In this document: piece after piece, positions 47,285 through 59,559 of the stretch
Position numbering within the stretch: position 1 is the stretch's first letter
How the letters are laid out: each line of letters begins with the position of its first letter
Translations under genes and position numbers: made by a program
Origin: Takakia lepidozioides
Lineage: Eukaryota; Plantae; Bryophyta
Assembly: GCA_030704615.1 (NCBI GenBank)
Contig: CM060733.1
Span: 67,642,001-67,706,000, forward strand
DNA: 64,000 bases
Direction of reading: 5' to 3'
The notes under the pieces: generated by a model
What the model saw: only the letters and a program-made list of their open reading frames with translations
Database searches by the model: none
Told to the model about the DNA's origin: nothing

Positions 47285-48020
47285 GGTAGTTGCACGCGAA
47301 GGTGGACCGACCAAATGCTTCCATGGAAGTCCATGATCAAATTTAAAATTAATGATATTTCCCCAAATAATTTAAAATAATAATAGACAATGTTATACTT
47401 AACATTTTTAGTAAAGCATCTTAGCCCAAACATCAAAGATATTTTTTACTATAAATTTTAATCTTTAATTTGAATAAGATTTGATATATCAGAAATTAGA
47501 ATTTACATCGATTTGTCCATATACAACCAAGCCATTGTAGATTGTATTTTTGTATCTTTTGCAGTAAAATATGACACCTCTAAAGCCCAAAACACAATAT
47601 ATACTAAACTAGAACAAATCCACCTAGATAGAACACTCATATTAGTCCATAGATAGTAAATGACAGCTGATATTGTCATTTTCAATTGAAATCTGGATTG
47701 TTCTCTAAATTGGCCCCCTTACCTCAAAAGTTCAAAGCAATACACCAAAGGCACAACGGCTTATTTTGAGCCCATGTAGTTCCATTTGCAGCGGTAACAG
47801 TCTACAGTCGTCGTGTTCAAAAGTCCATACCCTTTCGACATTTTATTGGATTGACAATTGGACAATTGATATAGGTAGATATTGAAGTTAGGAATCCAGA
47901 ATGGAAAATGTTTCTCAATGTTATTCATTATATTAAAATTAATTCATGATATCATGCACAACAGTCACTGAAAACTGTGCCGGTAACGCAGTTTTTGGTC
48001 CACCTTAGCATGCATCTACC
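47285..48020. mobile_element. MITE copy 2 (lacks both LINE-tail insertions)
   Basis: Same TIRs and interior as 32730-33604; flanks CTTCTG/TTTCTG. Confidence 0.9.
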
Positions 48021-48639
48021 TTTCTGGGAGAGGGGCTGGTATCTGAGTGTCATGAACCCTCATGCTCATGGACTTGAAGGTGTGATGGAACTTCACCCTG
48101 CCATGTGAAGCATAAAAGAAATCCCCCCGGAATGTTGTCTAACAGGGAGCTACTACCTTGTACATCTCACACCATGAGCACTAATGGAAAGATTCAGGCT
48201 TATAATGTTGTAGTAGTGTGATGGATGTGAAGAAACTTCCATTTAAAAACTGAAAATGGTGGACAGGCAATTCTAGAGCATAAGGATCCAATCTGGAATT
48301 CCAACTCTAAAGCATGTAAGGAACCAATCTGGAATATTAATTCTGCCACATAAGTGTACTAAAATGCAAAGGAAATAACAGACTCGTTCTTTAAACAGGC
48401 CCAAGAGATCACCCAAAAACAGCCTAACACTATGTAGGGGTGGCACTACCCGTTAGTGCTCATGTGCTTCAAGTCTCGGAGTCGCTCCACTGTCCTACAC
48501 AATTGTCCTCCACAACGGGATCAAAGCAGATTTGTGCCTGCACAACCTCTTCAGCCATCAAGGCAACAGCACCTTCCAAACACGTCGGCTATACCATATC
48601 CACCAAATTCGCTGGTTCCCTTAAACCCACAAAGTCCCC

Positions 48640-48865
48640 ATTGTCCCCAAGGTCGACCTCATTGACATCTGCGGATACTCTTCAAGCTCGAGGATCCTTG
48701 TGGAGGACAACCTTCCACCCCGGTGCAAGTGGCACATCTGAAAAAGATCTGAAAAGAACACTTGTTCTAGCTGGGAAGGAAAAATGAAAGGTTCTTCATG
48801 CTCGGGTAGCAATCTTTGGAAATCAACCAGCAGCAAACCACACTCATCTCTTTTCAATGGGTCTT
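48640..48865 (-). pseudogene. CACTA Tnp2 C-terminal (DUF4216-like) fragment
   Basis: LKRDECGLLLVDFQRLLPEHEEPFIFPSQLEQVFFSD, homologous to ~20950-21070. Confidence 0.8.
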
Positions 48866-49420
48866 GCCAGCTCCTGGGGGAAGGCGGAGCTCCGCCTTCC
48901 CGCCGCCAGCTACATAGGGAAGTAAAAATTGCGAAGAGATGGTGAAACCCTCTAGATTTAGTCATGGCCGGAATACCCCTTGCTACATGTTTAGCCCCTT
49001 CTCCTGCCATCGCTCGTTCTGTGGCTTCTCACACTGCCCCGCAGCCCCTCAACATCTCTGCTTCTTTCTCCCCTCCCAATATGACTCGCCTCTTTCTGAG
49101 CGTAGCTACGGCGTGAGCCCAGCCCCGTGAGCCTGGGAGCTGAGCTCACGTCCAAGCTAGAAAGCGTGAGCTGAGCTCACGCTTCAGGGAAGCGTGAGCG
49201 GCACCAATCTGCTGGAGAAGAAGGTCCTATAGGCGAGGATTGCAGGAAGAGGGCCTATTACCGTGGACAAAACAAAGGGGGCCAACACACACCATGTGTG
49301 CAATGCCCGCTCAAAAACAGAAATATGAAAACATGGCAGATTTGAGCTCAGAATGATTGTCACAGTTTATTTCAATTCACAGATAGACGCTTACAATGAA
49401 TTGCATGTGCTCGTATGTGT

Positions 49421-52400
49421 TCAAAGAGAAGTTGGCGGAGCTCCACGCGAGGTGTCCCGCTGTAGAAGGGTGTTCACTTCTCCATAGCCTAGTGTGGCTT
49501 GGTGGATGAATTGGTCTCTCTTACCGTCGCAACACATAATCACAAGGTATATGTAATATTGATGCTTGCAGGGGACCCACTTCCCTCTCATGCCGAGAGC
49601 GCCCTCACGCATCGTTACAAAGTCCGGACAAGTGCACGAAGGGAAATTCCCGACGGTAACCTGATATTCTTTGCCATGAAGAACTGACCCAATTGACAGC
49701 ACTGTGTAAATCCGTCCATACCCCGGAGAAGGGACTTCGGTGATACGAGACACCCGAGCCTGCAAAATTCTAGCAGATTCCATCTTGCATTCGTGATCTG
49801 CACCCGAAGCGAAACGGCGCACTGTTTTTCCATCTCTTTTTGTTGGGTGGGAGTCGGCACCGGGTGGCGGCATTGCCGGAGCATGTGGCACATCTGTGCC
49901 GACAGTGCATGAGGGCACCACCCGGGACCGTGCAAGACAGAACCCTCCCTCCTCCAGCATGCTTATCTCGGTTGATGACAGCGACGTCCCAATTTGCACA
50001 GGCCAAATTGCGGGGGAGGGGGTTTCATTATCACCGAAGGACGAACTGTTCCCTTCACGCATCGTGCCATATCGTCTGGGCAGAACCAAAATTTGTGGTC
50101 CTTTGACTCCCCACTATGATAAGGTCGGAACAACCCTGTGAATGTTGGAGCTGGAGTCCCCCTGGAGCCTTTGCATATCTTTGATTTGCATTTCTTGAAT
50201 GAGGGGGTCCGAATTGCCATGCAAGCCACTCTAGATCCTGGTGGGGTGCGTTCTATATGCCACTCACTATCAATGCAATCGGATTCCTGCACCATGGCCA
50301 CCGCCTCCTCCAATGGGATTCCCGCTGTTGTGCTTGTATGTTCTGCACCTGCTCCACTGGAGGAGGACCCACCTGGGAAGGGGCGGGCACACGACTCAGT
50401 CTGCAGTGGAGACACCTTTGGCACAGAGAAATTGACCCTGTCTGGCCGATAGGAATCTCCATCTGACCCTGGAAGAGTGTTCAATTTCCTTTTGCATGAT
50501 CCAAATCTTTCCTCGCCTTCCAAATGGGGGATCCTGGATTGTAGAGCGGACCCTTCAGTGCATCTGTTTAGAGCTCTGGCCATCTTCGACGGGACTCCGG
50601 ACCTACTCGCAGCCCTTAGCATCAACAAAGTCGTATCAGGGCCCTTGCCTCCACCCCGTCCCATCAGAAAATTGCGGTACCTGGTTTGTTGTGTAAGTGC
50701 ACGCACCATGTCATCAGCAGTGGCCACATACAAGTCACGACCTGCTTTGGTAGACTGCTGCATCCAGGCGTTGTGAACAGTCTCCGCCAAATTACAGGAT
50801 GGCATGTCGGCCAATCCTCCAAGGACATGTCCTGCAGGAGGCATTGCATGGATATGTGAGGAACGAAAACAAATGGTAGAGGTTCTTCAAGTGACAATCG
50901 AAGAACCCCAAATGAACAGGCACGATGCAAAATTTCTGTTTTTGGGATTGAAGAGGCTTACCGTCGTCATGAAAGCTCCCCACTGTCTGTACCTGAAGTG
51001 CCAGAAAACCAACCAGTCCTCCAACTCCTTTACGTGGGTACCTGTTGCAGCACCAGAGGAGAACCACCAAGCCCGGATTGCCTGGTAAGTGCTCTCAGCT
51101 TCTCCCATTGAGGTGGCATTCTTGTACTTGAGACAGAGCCTTCTGTGCTCCAACTGCAGGTCAGGGCGAATGCAGCGCTTTGTATGACGTGCCAGAGATT
51201 GAGTCCAATGGAAGAGGCATGTGCGCTCCCTATTTTCCATTGGGACCTTAGGATCCCCCGAACCAAACACGCGTCGCACTGCATTGAAATTTGCCTGTGC
51301 ACTATCAGCCATGAAGCCCGCAAAATTTGTGTTTTGTATTCCATTGCGCTGCATGACGGCCAAGAGCGAATTCCACATGAGCATTTGGGATTCAGTGTCC
51401 TCCGACTGCATATCACAAATTGCTATGGAGAGCACACGCTGGTACGCCGGATCATACACATGGCACGCCATGGTTGTCCAACCCTTCACCCGTTTGCAGT
51501 GATCAAACATTAACCAACATTTAGCCAAATCTCCTCCTGGTTGCATACGGCGGACAATGCTCACACCACTGCCTTCGCCCACAGCGGACATCTTGAACAA
51601 ATACACCTTGGACGAGCCCTGGCCAGGGAAGATACTGTTTTGAATGAATTCATAGCGACTCCTCCGTTTCAGGTCCATAATGTTGTCCATGAATCCACAG
51701 TGCCTGTGCCCATTCTGAGTGCATTCACCTGGTTTCGAATATTGGGAGAGCTCAACACGGAGAAATGGTCCATGACTGCATTAAGCGAATCTGCATCCAA
51801 CATAAGTTGTGTCGCATCCCCTTCACCCAGTATGTGTTTCTCCAGGAATGCCTTGCTAGCTGCAAGCGCTATAGCAGAAGGTGTTGCAGAAGGGGCATTG
51901 TGGAACTCCTGCTTCAGCAGATTTCTAGCGATGTCCACGCTATCCCTGCAACTTCCTTTGGACACAGGATGCTCGTGTGCACCCATATGAATGCAGGCAC
52001 GAGTCATTGTCTTGCATCGGTGTGCCACCTGATACATACGAGCGTGGCACACAGAAACACAGGACGGGGAAAGTTTGCAGAACCTGCACACGAAAGTATT
52101 GGTCCTGGGAGGGGCAAGCCCTGGGGTGAAAGGATTCAGGGGCACACCTTCCCACTCACTTTCGTTTGGTTGAGCGCTGTTTCTCAGGCGAGGGCAAGAA
52201 ATATTCTGGCACTTACAATGCCCAACGCAGACCGACCTCCAAAATTTCAAGCCAATGTCGTTATGGATGTTCGACGTTTTTGTCCTGCACCAAGGATGTC
52301 CGTCATGTTTCTTGTCCATGCCCTGTAAAAGCCCAGCCAGTCCAGTGGAAGAGGTGGGAGGGTTGAGCTCAAACAGGATGTCCCATCAAACTGTGCTGGC

Positions 52401-52993
52401 ACGTATTGAACCCGTTGCACAGGAAGGGACTCCCAATCAACAAAACGCAGCTCGCTCTTGCACCCAGGCACACCTGCGAGGGCTTTCAATTTTGGAATGA
52501 CACTCGTTATCTCTTGCAATTCGTCATCATCCAATGACGGAGTCTGCACTGGCGGAGGAATCTCAGAAACATCCTCCGAGGATGAGTCTGAAAGAGTCAC
52601 GAAGGTAGTGGATGTGCTCACCTCTTGTTTCACAGGAACTGTGCCCTTCTGTTGCACGACCGATGCTGCAGTGCCAGGGGTAACGACCGATCCTGCTGAT
52701 TGTCTTCTCTCTTTTCCAAGGACACGGTATGTGCCTGGAAGGACTCTCCATTTCCTTCCACACTTGCCAACCAATGGTTTCTCCAAGTGCCCAGAATCCA
52801 AATTCCCATCCTCGTCATACACCTCTTTTTGAACAAGGAGAGAACCCAACTCCAGCGGGAACACTGTAACCAGCTCATCCTCATGAACAACTGCAAACCC
52901 ATCGTCGTCTGCAGTGGCAGTCAGTGGAAGAGTACCTGCATTGGAATGGAATCGAGCAAGTGTATCTCGCTCCCTCGACATGTTTTCCCTCAC
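49421..52993 (-). pseudogene. Mutator-like (MULE) DDE transposase with an N-terminal Cys/His DNA-binding region (GCM/WRKY-fold-like) and a C-terminal SWIM finger; frameshifted, one intron
   Basis: WLMFDH, FMADSAQANFNAVRRVF, CLFH (CxxH), NLAETVH (catalytic Glu), SWIM SCTCPDF..CKH; intron ~50833-50961 with GTAAG..CAG. Confidence 0.75.
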
Positions 52994-53800
52994 TGAACGA
53001 AAGTTGCGGAATCCTCGAACTGATAGCCCGCAATTACCGAAAGGGGAATTAAGACAAGCAAACCGAGGTCAACAAGGGTAGCTCCAATCCAAAGGTTGCA
53101 AGTGATGCATGCAAAGGATGTAGGGATGAGATGCACCTTCACTTCGGAAACAGCAATGCCAAGAGGCACTAACCAAAAAAACTGTTTTGAAATACTACAA
53201 GAAGCCGTGCTGTTTATGGATGAAAACAAACACTGAAAACGACATGAAACCAACCATTATGAAAAGACGGCAACAACCCTGGAGAGCAGTAAACAGGAAG
53301 ACCACAAATGTCATGAGGTTGTGTTGTGCCAGAAGAGCACAACACAAACACTGACACTGCAGAAGATACCTCGCACGAATGCGTGGCAGACATGGTCGTA
53401 TCCGACAGAACCCTTTATGCCGAATGACCCCATGGCGACGGTAACGGTAAAATGCAAACCACAGGGTAGGCAGTACAACACACGTGGATGCATATGTGAA
53501 GCATAACAATTATTGCGGATCTGCAAGAACTGCTCGAAAATGAACTAGCATTAGATTTCTACGGCACATCCGAATTTGAAAGAAAGCAAGAAGGCCGCGG
53601 TGTATTGGCAGGCGGCGCAGTACATCTGACATATATCGCTAGTGCATGCAACGGATGTACTTTTTTTCTAGCGCTTTATTGCTTGGATAATACGGAGACG
53701 ACGGAATGGATGAATTCCGTTCGCACACAATAACAACACCCGCATCCAAATATGGTTGACAACGTCCAATTTCGATTTTGGTTACATGCCATAGCAGCAC

Positions 53801-54280
53801 TTGTTACAAACGTCAAACTGGAGAGCTCTAGAGGCATTCGTGGGGAGCCCTTGTTTCCAGCGGAGGAGGAAGAGAAGGAAGTCACTATACTTCACGAGCT
53901 CTAGAAACAGGAATAGAGCCAGAGATAGAATGAGGATGGAAAGAGTGGACGAAGAGGAAAAGGAGGTAGAAGAGGGAGTAGAGGAAAGTGTGGCGATGGA
54001 GGAGCAGGAATCAGCAGAAGAACAGCAGCCCGCCATAGTTCCAAGAACAGATGAAGAGGACACCGCATCTGAGGGAGAGACAGACGAGATGGAAGAGGAT
54101 GTTGAAGGTGGCCTCACGAGGAGTCTGCCTGCGGGAAAGAGGAAGGGGGAGAGGCTCACGTACACGCTCGGCGCAGAGAGCAGCCCGAAGCGAAAACGGT
54201 CCCCGGCAATTGGGGAGTCTTCTGGAGCAGCCAAGAAAAAGGTGAAATCTTTAAGACCCACATTTGTGTTTCGTTGCTGA
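53801..54280 (+). CDS. Possible acidic, low-complexity ORF with NLS-like basic clusters, divergent from the transposase
   Basis: Glu-rich region plus KRK/PKRKR/KKKVK; no recognisable domain. Confidence 0.25.
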   Translation: MLQTSNWRALEAFVGSPCFQRRRKRRKSLYFTSSRNRNRARDRMRMERVDEEEKEVEEGVEESVAMEEQESAEEQQPAIVPRTDEEDTASEGETDEMEEDVEGGLTRSLPAGKRKGERLTYTLGAESSPKRKRSPAIGESSGAAKKKVKSLRPTFVFRC

Positions 54281-54545
54281 TATGAATATAGCCCACACAG
54301 GACATCTGCACCAAGCTGAAAGCACCGCAAACTGGAAGCCCAAATAGTGTGCGGCAACGCGCACTGTTTGGGCCTACCAATTTCGTTGATTGTTCAGGTG
54401 CGAAACGCCCAAACTTGGGCACTACAGCAGGTTCAATACAACCCAAATTGCAAGCTCAATCAGAGACAATTGAGCTGAACATTTCACTTTTGTTTCCGTC
54501 TCGATATCGGTTTTCCAGGATATGTATGTCAGGACGACAGAACCC

Positions 54546-56081
54546 TTCAGTGGCAGCTCAAACAGTGTGCGTTGGCGCACACTGTTTGAGCTGAACATGT
54601 AAGTGTTTTTTCTGATTGAAATTCGGACTTCCAGGACAGGTTTATGATGATGAAATAACCATTCAGTGGCAGCTCAAACAGTGTGCGCCAACGCACACTG
54701 TTTGAGCTGAACATGTCACTGTTTTTTTGGTGTTAAATTCGGACTTCCAAGGCAGGTTTATGATGATGAAATAACCATTCAGTGGCAGCTCAAACAGTGT
54801 GCGCCAACGCACACTGTTTGAGCTGTGCATGTCACTGCTTTTTTGGTGTTAAATTCGGACTTCCAGGGCAGGTTTATGATGATGAAATAACCATTCAGTG
54901 GCAGCTCAAACAGTGTGCGTTGGCGCACACTGTTTGAGCTGTACATGTGACTGCTTTTTTGGTGTTAAATTCGGACTTCCAGGGCAGGTTTATGATGATG
55001 AAATAACCATTCAGTGGCAGCTCAAACAGTGTGCGCCAACGCACACTGTTTGAGCTGTACATGTCACTGCTTTTTTGGTGTTAAATTCGGACTTCCAGGG
55101 CACGTTTATGATGATGAAATAACCATTCAGTGGCAGCTCAAACAGTGTACGTTGGCGCACACTGTTTGAGGTGAACATGTAAGTGTTTTTTCCGATTGAA
55201 ATTCGGCATTTAGGGCACGTTTCTGAGGATGAAATAACCATTCAGTGGCAACTCAAACAGTGTGCGCCAACGCACACTGTTTGAGCTGTACATGTCACTG
55301 GTTTTTTGGTGTTAAATTCGGACTTCCAGGGCAGGTTTATGATGATGAAATAACCATTCAGTGGCAGCTCAAACAGTGTGCGTTGGCGCACACTGTTTGA
55401 GCTGAACATGTAAGTGTTTTTTTCGATTGAAATTCGGCATTTAGGGCACGTTTCTGAGGATGAAATAACCATTCAGTGGCAGCTCAAACAGTGTACGCCA
55501 ATGCACACTGTTTGAGGTGAACATGTAAGTGTTTTTTTCCGATTGAAATTCGGCATTTAGGGCACGTTTCTGAGGATGAAATAACCATTCAGTGGCAGCT
55601 CAAACAGTGTGCGCCAACGCACACTGTTTGAGCTGTACATGTCACTGCTTTTTTGGTGTTAAATTCGGACTTCTAGGGCAGGTTTATGATGATGAAATAA
55701 CCATTCAGTGGCAGCTCAAACAGTGTGCGTTGGCGCACACTGTTTGAGCTGAACATGTAAGTGTTTTTTCCGATTGAAATTCGGCATTTAGGGCACGTTT
55801 CTGAGGATGAAATAACCATTCAGTGGCAGCTCAAACAGTGTGCGCCAACGCACACTGTTTGAGGTGAACATGTAAGTGTTTTTTTCCGATTGAAATTCGA
55901 CATTTAGGGCACGTTTCTGAGGATGAAATAACCATTCAGTGGCAGCTCAAACAGTGTGCGCCAACGCACACTGTTTGAGGTGAACATGTTAGTGTTTTTT
56001 CCATTTGAAATTCGGCATTTAGGGCACGTTTCTGAGGATGAAATAACCATTCAGTGGCAGATCAAACAGTGTGCGCCAACG
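54546..56081. repeat. Tandem array of 115-116-bp units (13 complete plus 1 cut), each with a 40-bp palindrome CAGCTCAAACAGTGTGCG-[CCAA|TTGG]-CGCACACTGTTTGAGCTG
   Basis: Unit starts at 54546, 54662, 54778, 54894, 55010, 55126, 55241, 55357 and onward; degenerate copy at ~54341. Confidence 0.97.
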
Positions 56082-56987
56082 TGTTAGAGGACTGTTGGGG
56101 ACTTAGACACTTATACGGGATCTGTAGGGTACCCTTAATTTTTGCACAGACTGAGACCAACATGAGCCTTAGGGGTGACAGCAGCGCACTGTAGAGGGGG
56201 GTTACACAGCCCGTCACAGTCGTCACAGCAGACACAGCCGACACAGCCAACACAGCCCGTCACAGTCGTCACAGCCGACACAGCCCGGTCACAGCCACAC
56301 AGCCAGTCACAGCCCGTCACAGTTTCACACAGCCAGTCACAGCTTGACACAGCTGTCACGATCATAGGACGAAAGAAGAGTAGGACAGGGAACGACTGTG
56401 GGGAACAACACCTGCGAAGGGAACATGTTAGTTCACAGACGACGGTTAGTGAGGGAAACGGTTAGAACCACGGATAGGAAGATAAAGAGGAAGAAACGGG
56501 GAATTTCGGGGGACATCATTGGAGGAGGACTTCTTGGTCATGCAGGAGGAGGGGGATGGGGCAGAGATGAAGAACGGAAGTGAAGATAGAGAGATGATGA
56601 GTAGATGCTTGTTATATGCAAGGCTGTAATGATATTGTAGAGCAGATTAGAGACACAATGGCTTCGGCCTGATACCTGATAAATCATAATCGGATACTTT
56701 TACGATACAATCACACTGTGTAGAGAGATCTGAGTGAAGCTGTGGAATGAATGGATGAGTTGATGGAATCCAATAGATTGATAAAGCAAACTGATACTTA
56801 ATTATCAATGGTAAGGTAGCTAACATGAATGCCAAAAGGGAAACAAATAGGAAACACCCCCATGATACACTAGTAGGTCATGACTGATTGTTCTGCGCGG
56901 GCTGAGTACTTAGAGATTTCCAACTCTTCTATCTTGGAGTTTCCGCCTCGAATAGCGAAGGGATGGGTGAGTAAAAGCCGCGCGACA
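56082..56987 (+). mobile_element. 5' LTR of a non-chromovirus Ty3/gypsy element
   Basis: TGT...ACA ends; starts where the array is cut; followed by a PBS. Confidence 0.8.
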
Positions 56988-56989
56988 TT

Positions 56990-57007
56990 TGGCGACCATA
57001 CTGGGGA
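56990..57007 (+). promoter_or_regulatory. Primer-binding site (tRNA-Arg-like, of the type seen in non-chromovirus gypsy elements)
   Basis: TGGCGACCATACTGGGGA 2 bp after the LTR end. Confidence 0.7.
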
Positions 57008-57096
57008 CCTGAGTCATGAACAACCAGATGTGACAGGCATCTGGTGGGATCATGGTGGTTGGACCATTAAAGAATTTGAAGTGAATCAAATTCCCT

Positions 57097-57576
57097 GTGG
57101 AAACGAAGGAAGAAAGATTGTCCAAACAATTCTTTCAAAGGTTCTTGGAATTGCCAGACGGTTGTAAAGAAAATATTCTTAAGCGAGTGCATGATGCTGA
57201 TCCGGAATGGGGTCTGGAGAAAGGAGTGATAAAGATTTATCAGGTAGCCTGTAGAGGAAGAGCACGTTGGTTACCAACATTGGTTTATGTGATAGCATTG
57301 CTATCCATTAAGCGAGTAGAGTTTGAAGGCTGGGAAGAAAGAAAGGTGAATGTTTATACTCATATGCATGAAGAGCTTGTACTGGTAAAGAATTGGATTC
57401 CAAAGGATATTTTGTGGATCAAACTCACACCAAGAACAGCTTTTCAGACTTGTTTGCCATATGGTTATATGGTAACGGAGACTTCAAGTATAGCCAAGGG
57501 TGCATTGAAGCTTGAAAGAAACCCAGGCATATACGAGAGATATTACAGAAGAGAGTTTTGGTTATTGCCACATTAA
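57097..57576 (+). CDS. Extra ORF between PBS and gag, unknown function
   Basis: 159 open codons of globular-looking sequence ending 21 bp before the gag ATG; start codon uncertain. Confidence 0.5.
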   Translation: METKEERLSKQFFQRFLELPDGCKENILKRVHDADPEWGLEKGVIKIYQVACRGRARWLPTLVYVIALLSIKRVEFEGWEERKVNVYTHMHEELVLVKNWIPKDILWIKLTPRTAFQTCLPYGYMVTETSSIAKGALKLERNPGIYERYYRREFWLLPH

Positions 57577-57597
57577 AAGAAATGAAAGACATGGGAC

Positions 57598-59545
57598 ATG
57601 AGTGATGAAAGAGAAGCTAGACGACAGAGATATTCAGCAAAAAGAGAAAGCTATCTGAAAGCTAATTATCCATATCTTTGGGAGAGAGGAATAGACATAG
57701 GGGAATCATCTGGACCTCTCACACCATTAAGATCAAAGAGTACATCACCTATACCGGAAGAACTAGAGTTGGATGCCACTCCTTCTGTTTCTTTGCAAGA
57801 AAGATTAAGGGAATTGGTACAGGAAGAAGATCAATCACGAGGTGAAAGATCTGAGGTACATCCTTGGATAAAAGATTTGACAGAAATCTTTGATAAGAGT
57901 TGGCATGGAACACCAAAAGCAGGAACTCCAGTTTCTGAAGCAGAAGGTGAAGAAGGAGAAGAGGATGTGGCAGAGCCAACGGAGAGTTCAGACTCTCCAA
58001 CACCATTACAGTTGAGTTACATGAGTGAAGAAGAAACCCAAGGGCAGAACTTGGAGGATGAAAACAGAGAGAAGAAATTGGAAGAGGAAGAATATGAAGA
58101 AGTAGACCCAACAGCTGAGGTTGAGACTACAACCAGGACATCCCAACCCGTTGGACCTGGATCAAGTGGAGCACTTGGATCACAGGCCAACGAAGGTGTC
58201 GGCTCAGGGGGATCAGGCGGGCTGCCTGGATCTGGCTCTGGGGGGACAGGGAGTGTGGGAAGTAGTGCAACTGAAGCTGGGAATACTGTGAATATCGTGG
58301 GGCCAGAAGCAGGGAGTGCTCAAGGGCCACCACTTGGTGGAAGATCCACCACAAAAACAACAGGTCCAGAAGGACCAGCACCAGCAAGGGTGCCAGCACC
58401 TGTCAGTGGGCAGAAGGTAGGGCCACAGATGGCGTTACAACCAACACGGGCAAAACCACCCTTTCCAATATATTCAGGAAAAGGGGATCCCGATGTACAC
58501 ATTAGCCAATTTGAGCACATGTGTATAGTGAACAATGAGAATGGCGATGATGCCAAGATGAGACTGTTTCCTTGTTCACTTATCAAGAAAGCAAGTGAAT
58601 GGTATGCAAGATTCCCTGATAATCATTTCCTAACCTGGAATGGCTTGAATACAGCATTTCGAAATAGGTTCAGGACAAGTAAAACTGAGGATGAAGTGTA
58701 TGGAAGTTTACAACAGCTGAAGCAGAAGAAGCATGAAACTGTTGAAGAGTATATGGAGAAGATGGAATTGATGATGAAAAAGCTGGCTGCAGTACCAGCG
58801 CTGGTTTACAGAAGACTTGGTTTGTGAGTGGACTAAGACCAGAGTTGCAAAAGAAAGTGGATATGTTACCCCATAATACAGTGGAGGAGGCATTTGAAAC
58901 TGCAAACAGAATTGAGCAATTGGGAATGCTCAGGAGAGAGAAAAAGGAAGATGAGGACTCTGAGGATGAGTCAGATGAAGAAGAAGAGCAAGAACTAAAA
59001 AGAAAGAGTAAGAGAAAGGAGAAGTTGAAGAGGGATAACTATGAAAAAAATTGGAAGAAATCTTGAAGAAGTATGCCACAGAGGCTGCAACACATTGGAG
59101 GAAGGGTGTATGGTGTGCAAAGTGCCAGAATGAAGGCCATACCACCACAGAATGCCACATGAAGGAGAAACACTGTACTATCTGTAAAATGGATAACCAT
59201 TCTACTGAGAATTGTTACTACAACAGAAGGACAGCTGCAAGAGAACCTAGGCAAGTAAGGGTGCATCAGGTGCAGCCCCAGCCAAGAAGAAACAATGATC
59301 AGGACCACTATGGTAGGTCTGGTGGTTATAACAATGGCATGGAAGGGAGAGGTAATTCAAGAGGGAATTACCAAGGAAATTCCAGAGGCAACTATCAGGG
59401 TAATCCAAGGGGGAATTACCAGCCGGGAATCAGGATTATAGAAATAATCCAAGAACAGACCAAGGGCGAGGACCCAATGGTGAAGAGCTATGTTACTATT
59501 GTAATCAGCCAGGACATCGCAAGGCAGCCTGTTCATTCTGGATAA
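57598..59545 (+). pseudogene. Gag with a long acidic/Gly-rich N-terminus, capsid-like domain and two CCHC knuckles; frameshifted
   Basis: YSGKGDPDVHI..F, LFPCSL..A..WY, LKQKKHETVEEY, CAKCQNEGHTTTEC, CTICKMDNHSTENC. Confidence 0.88.
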
Positions 59546-59559
59546 GACACCAGAATGAG

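Noticed and set aside
32730-48020. Composite transposon formed by the two MITEs
   Set aside because: Each MITE has its own distinct flanking duplication
54546-56081. CRISPR array (palindromic repeats at regular spacing)
   Set aside because: Linkers are two recurring near-identical types, not unique spacers; no cas genes; eukaryotic TE context
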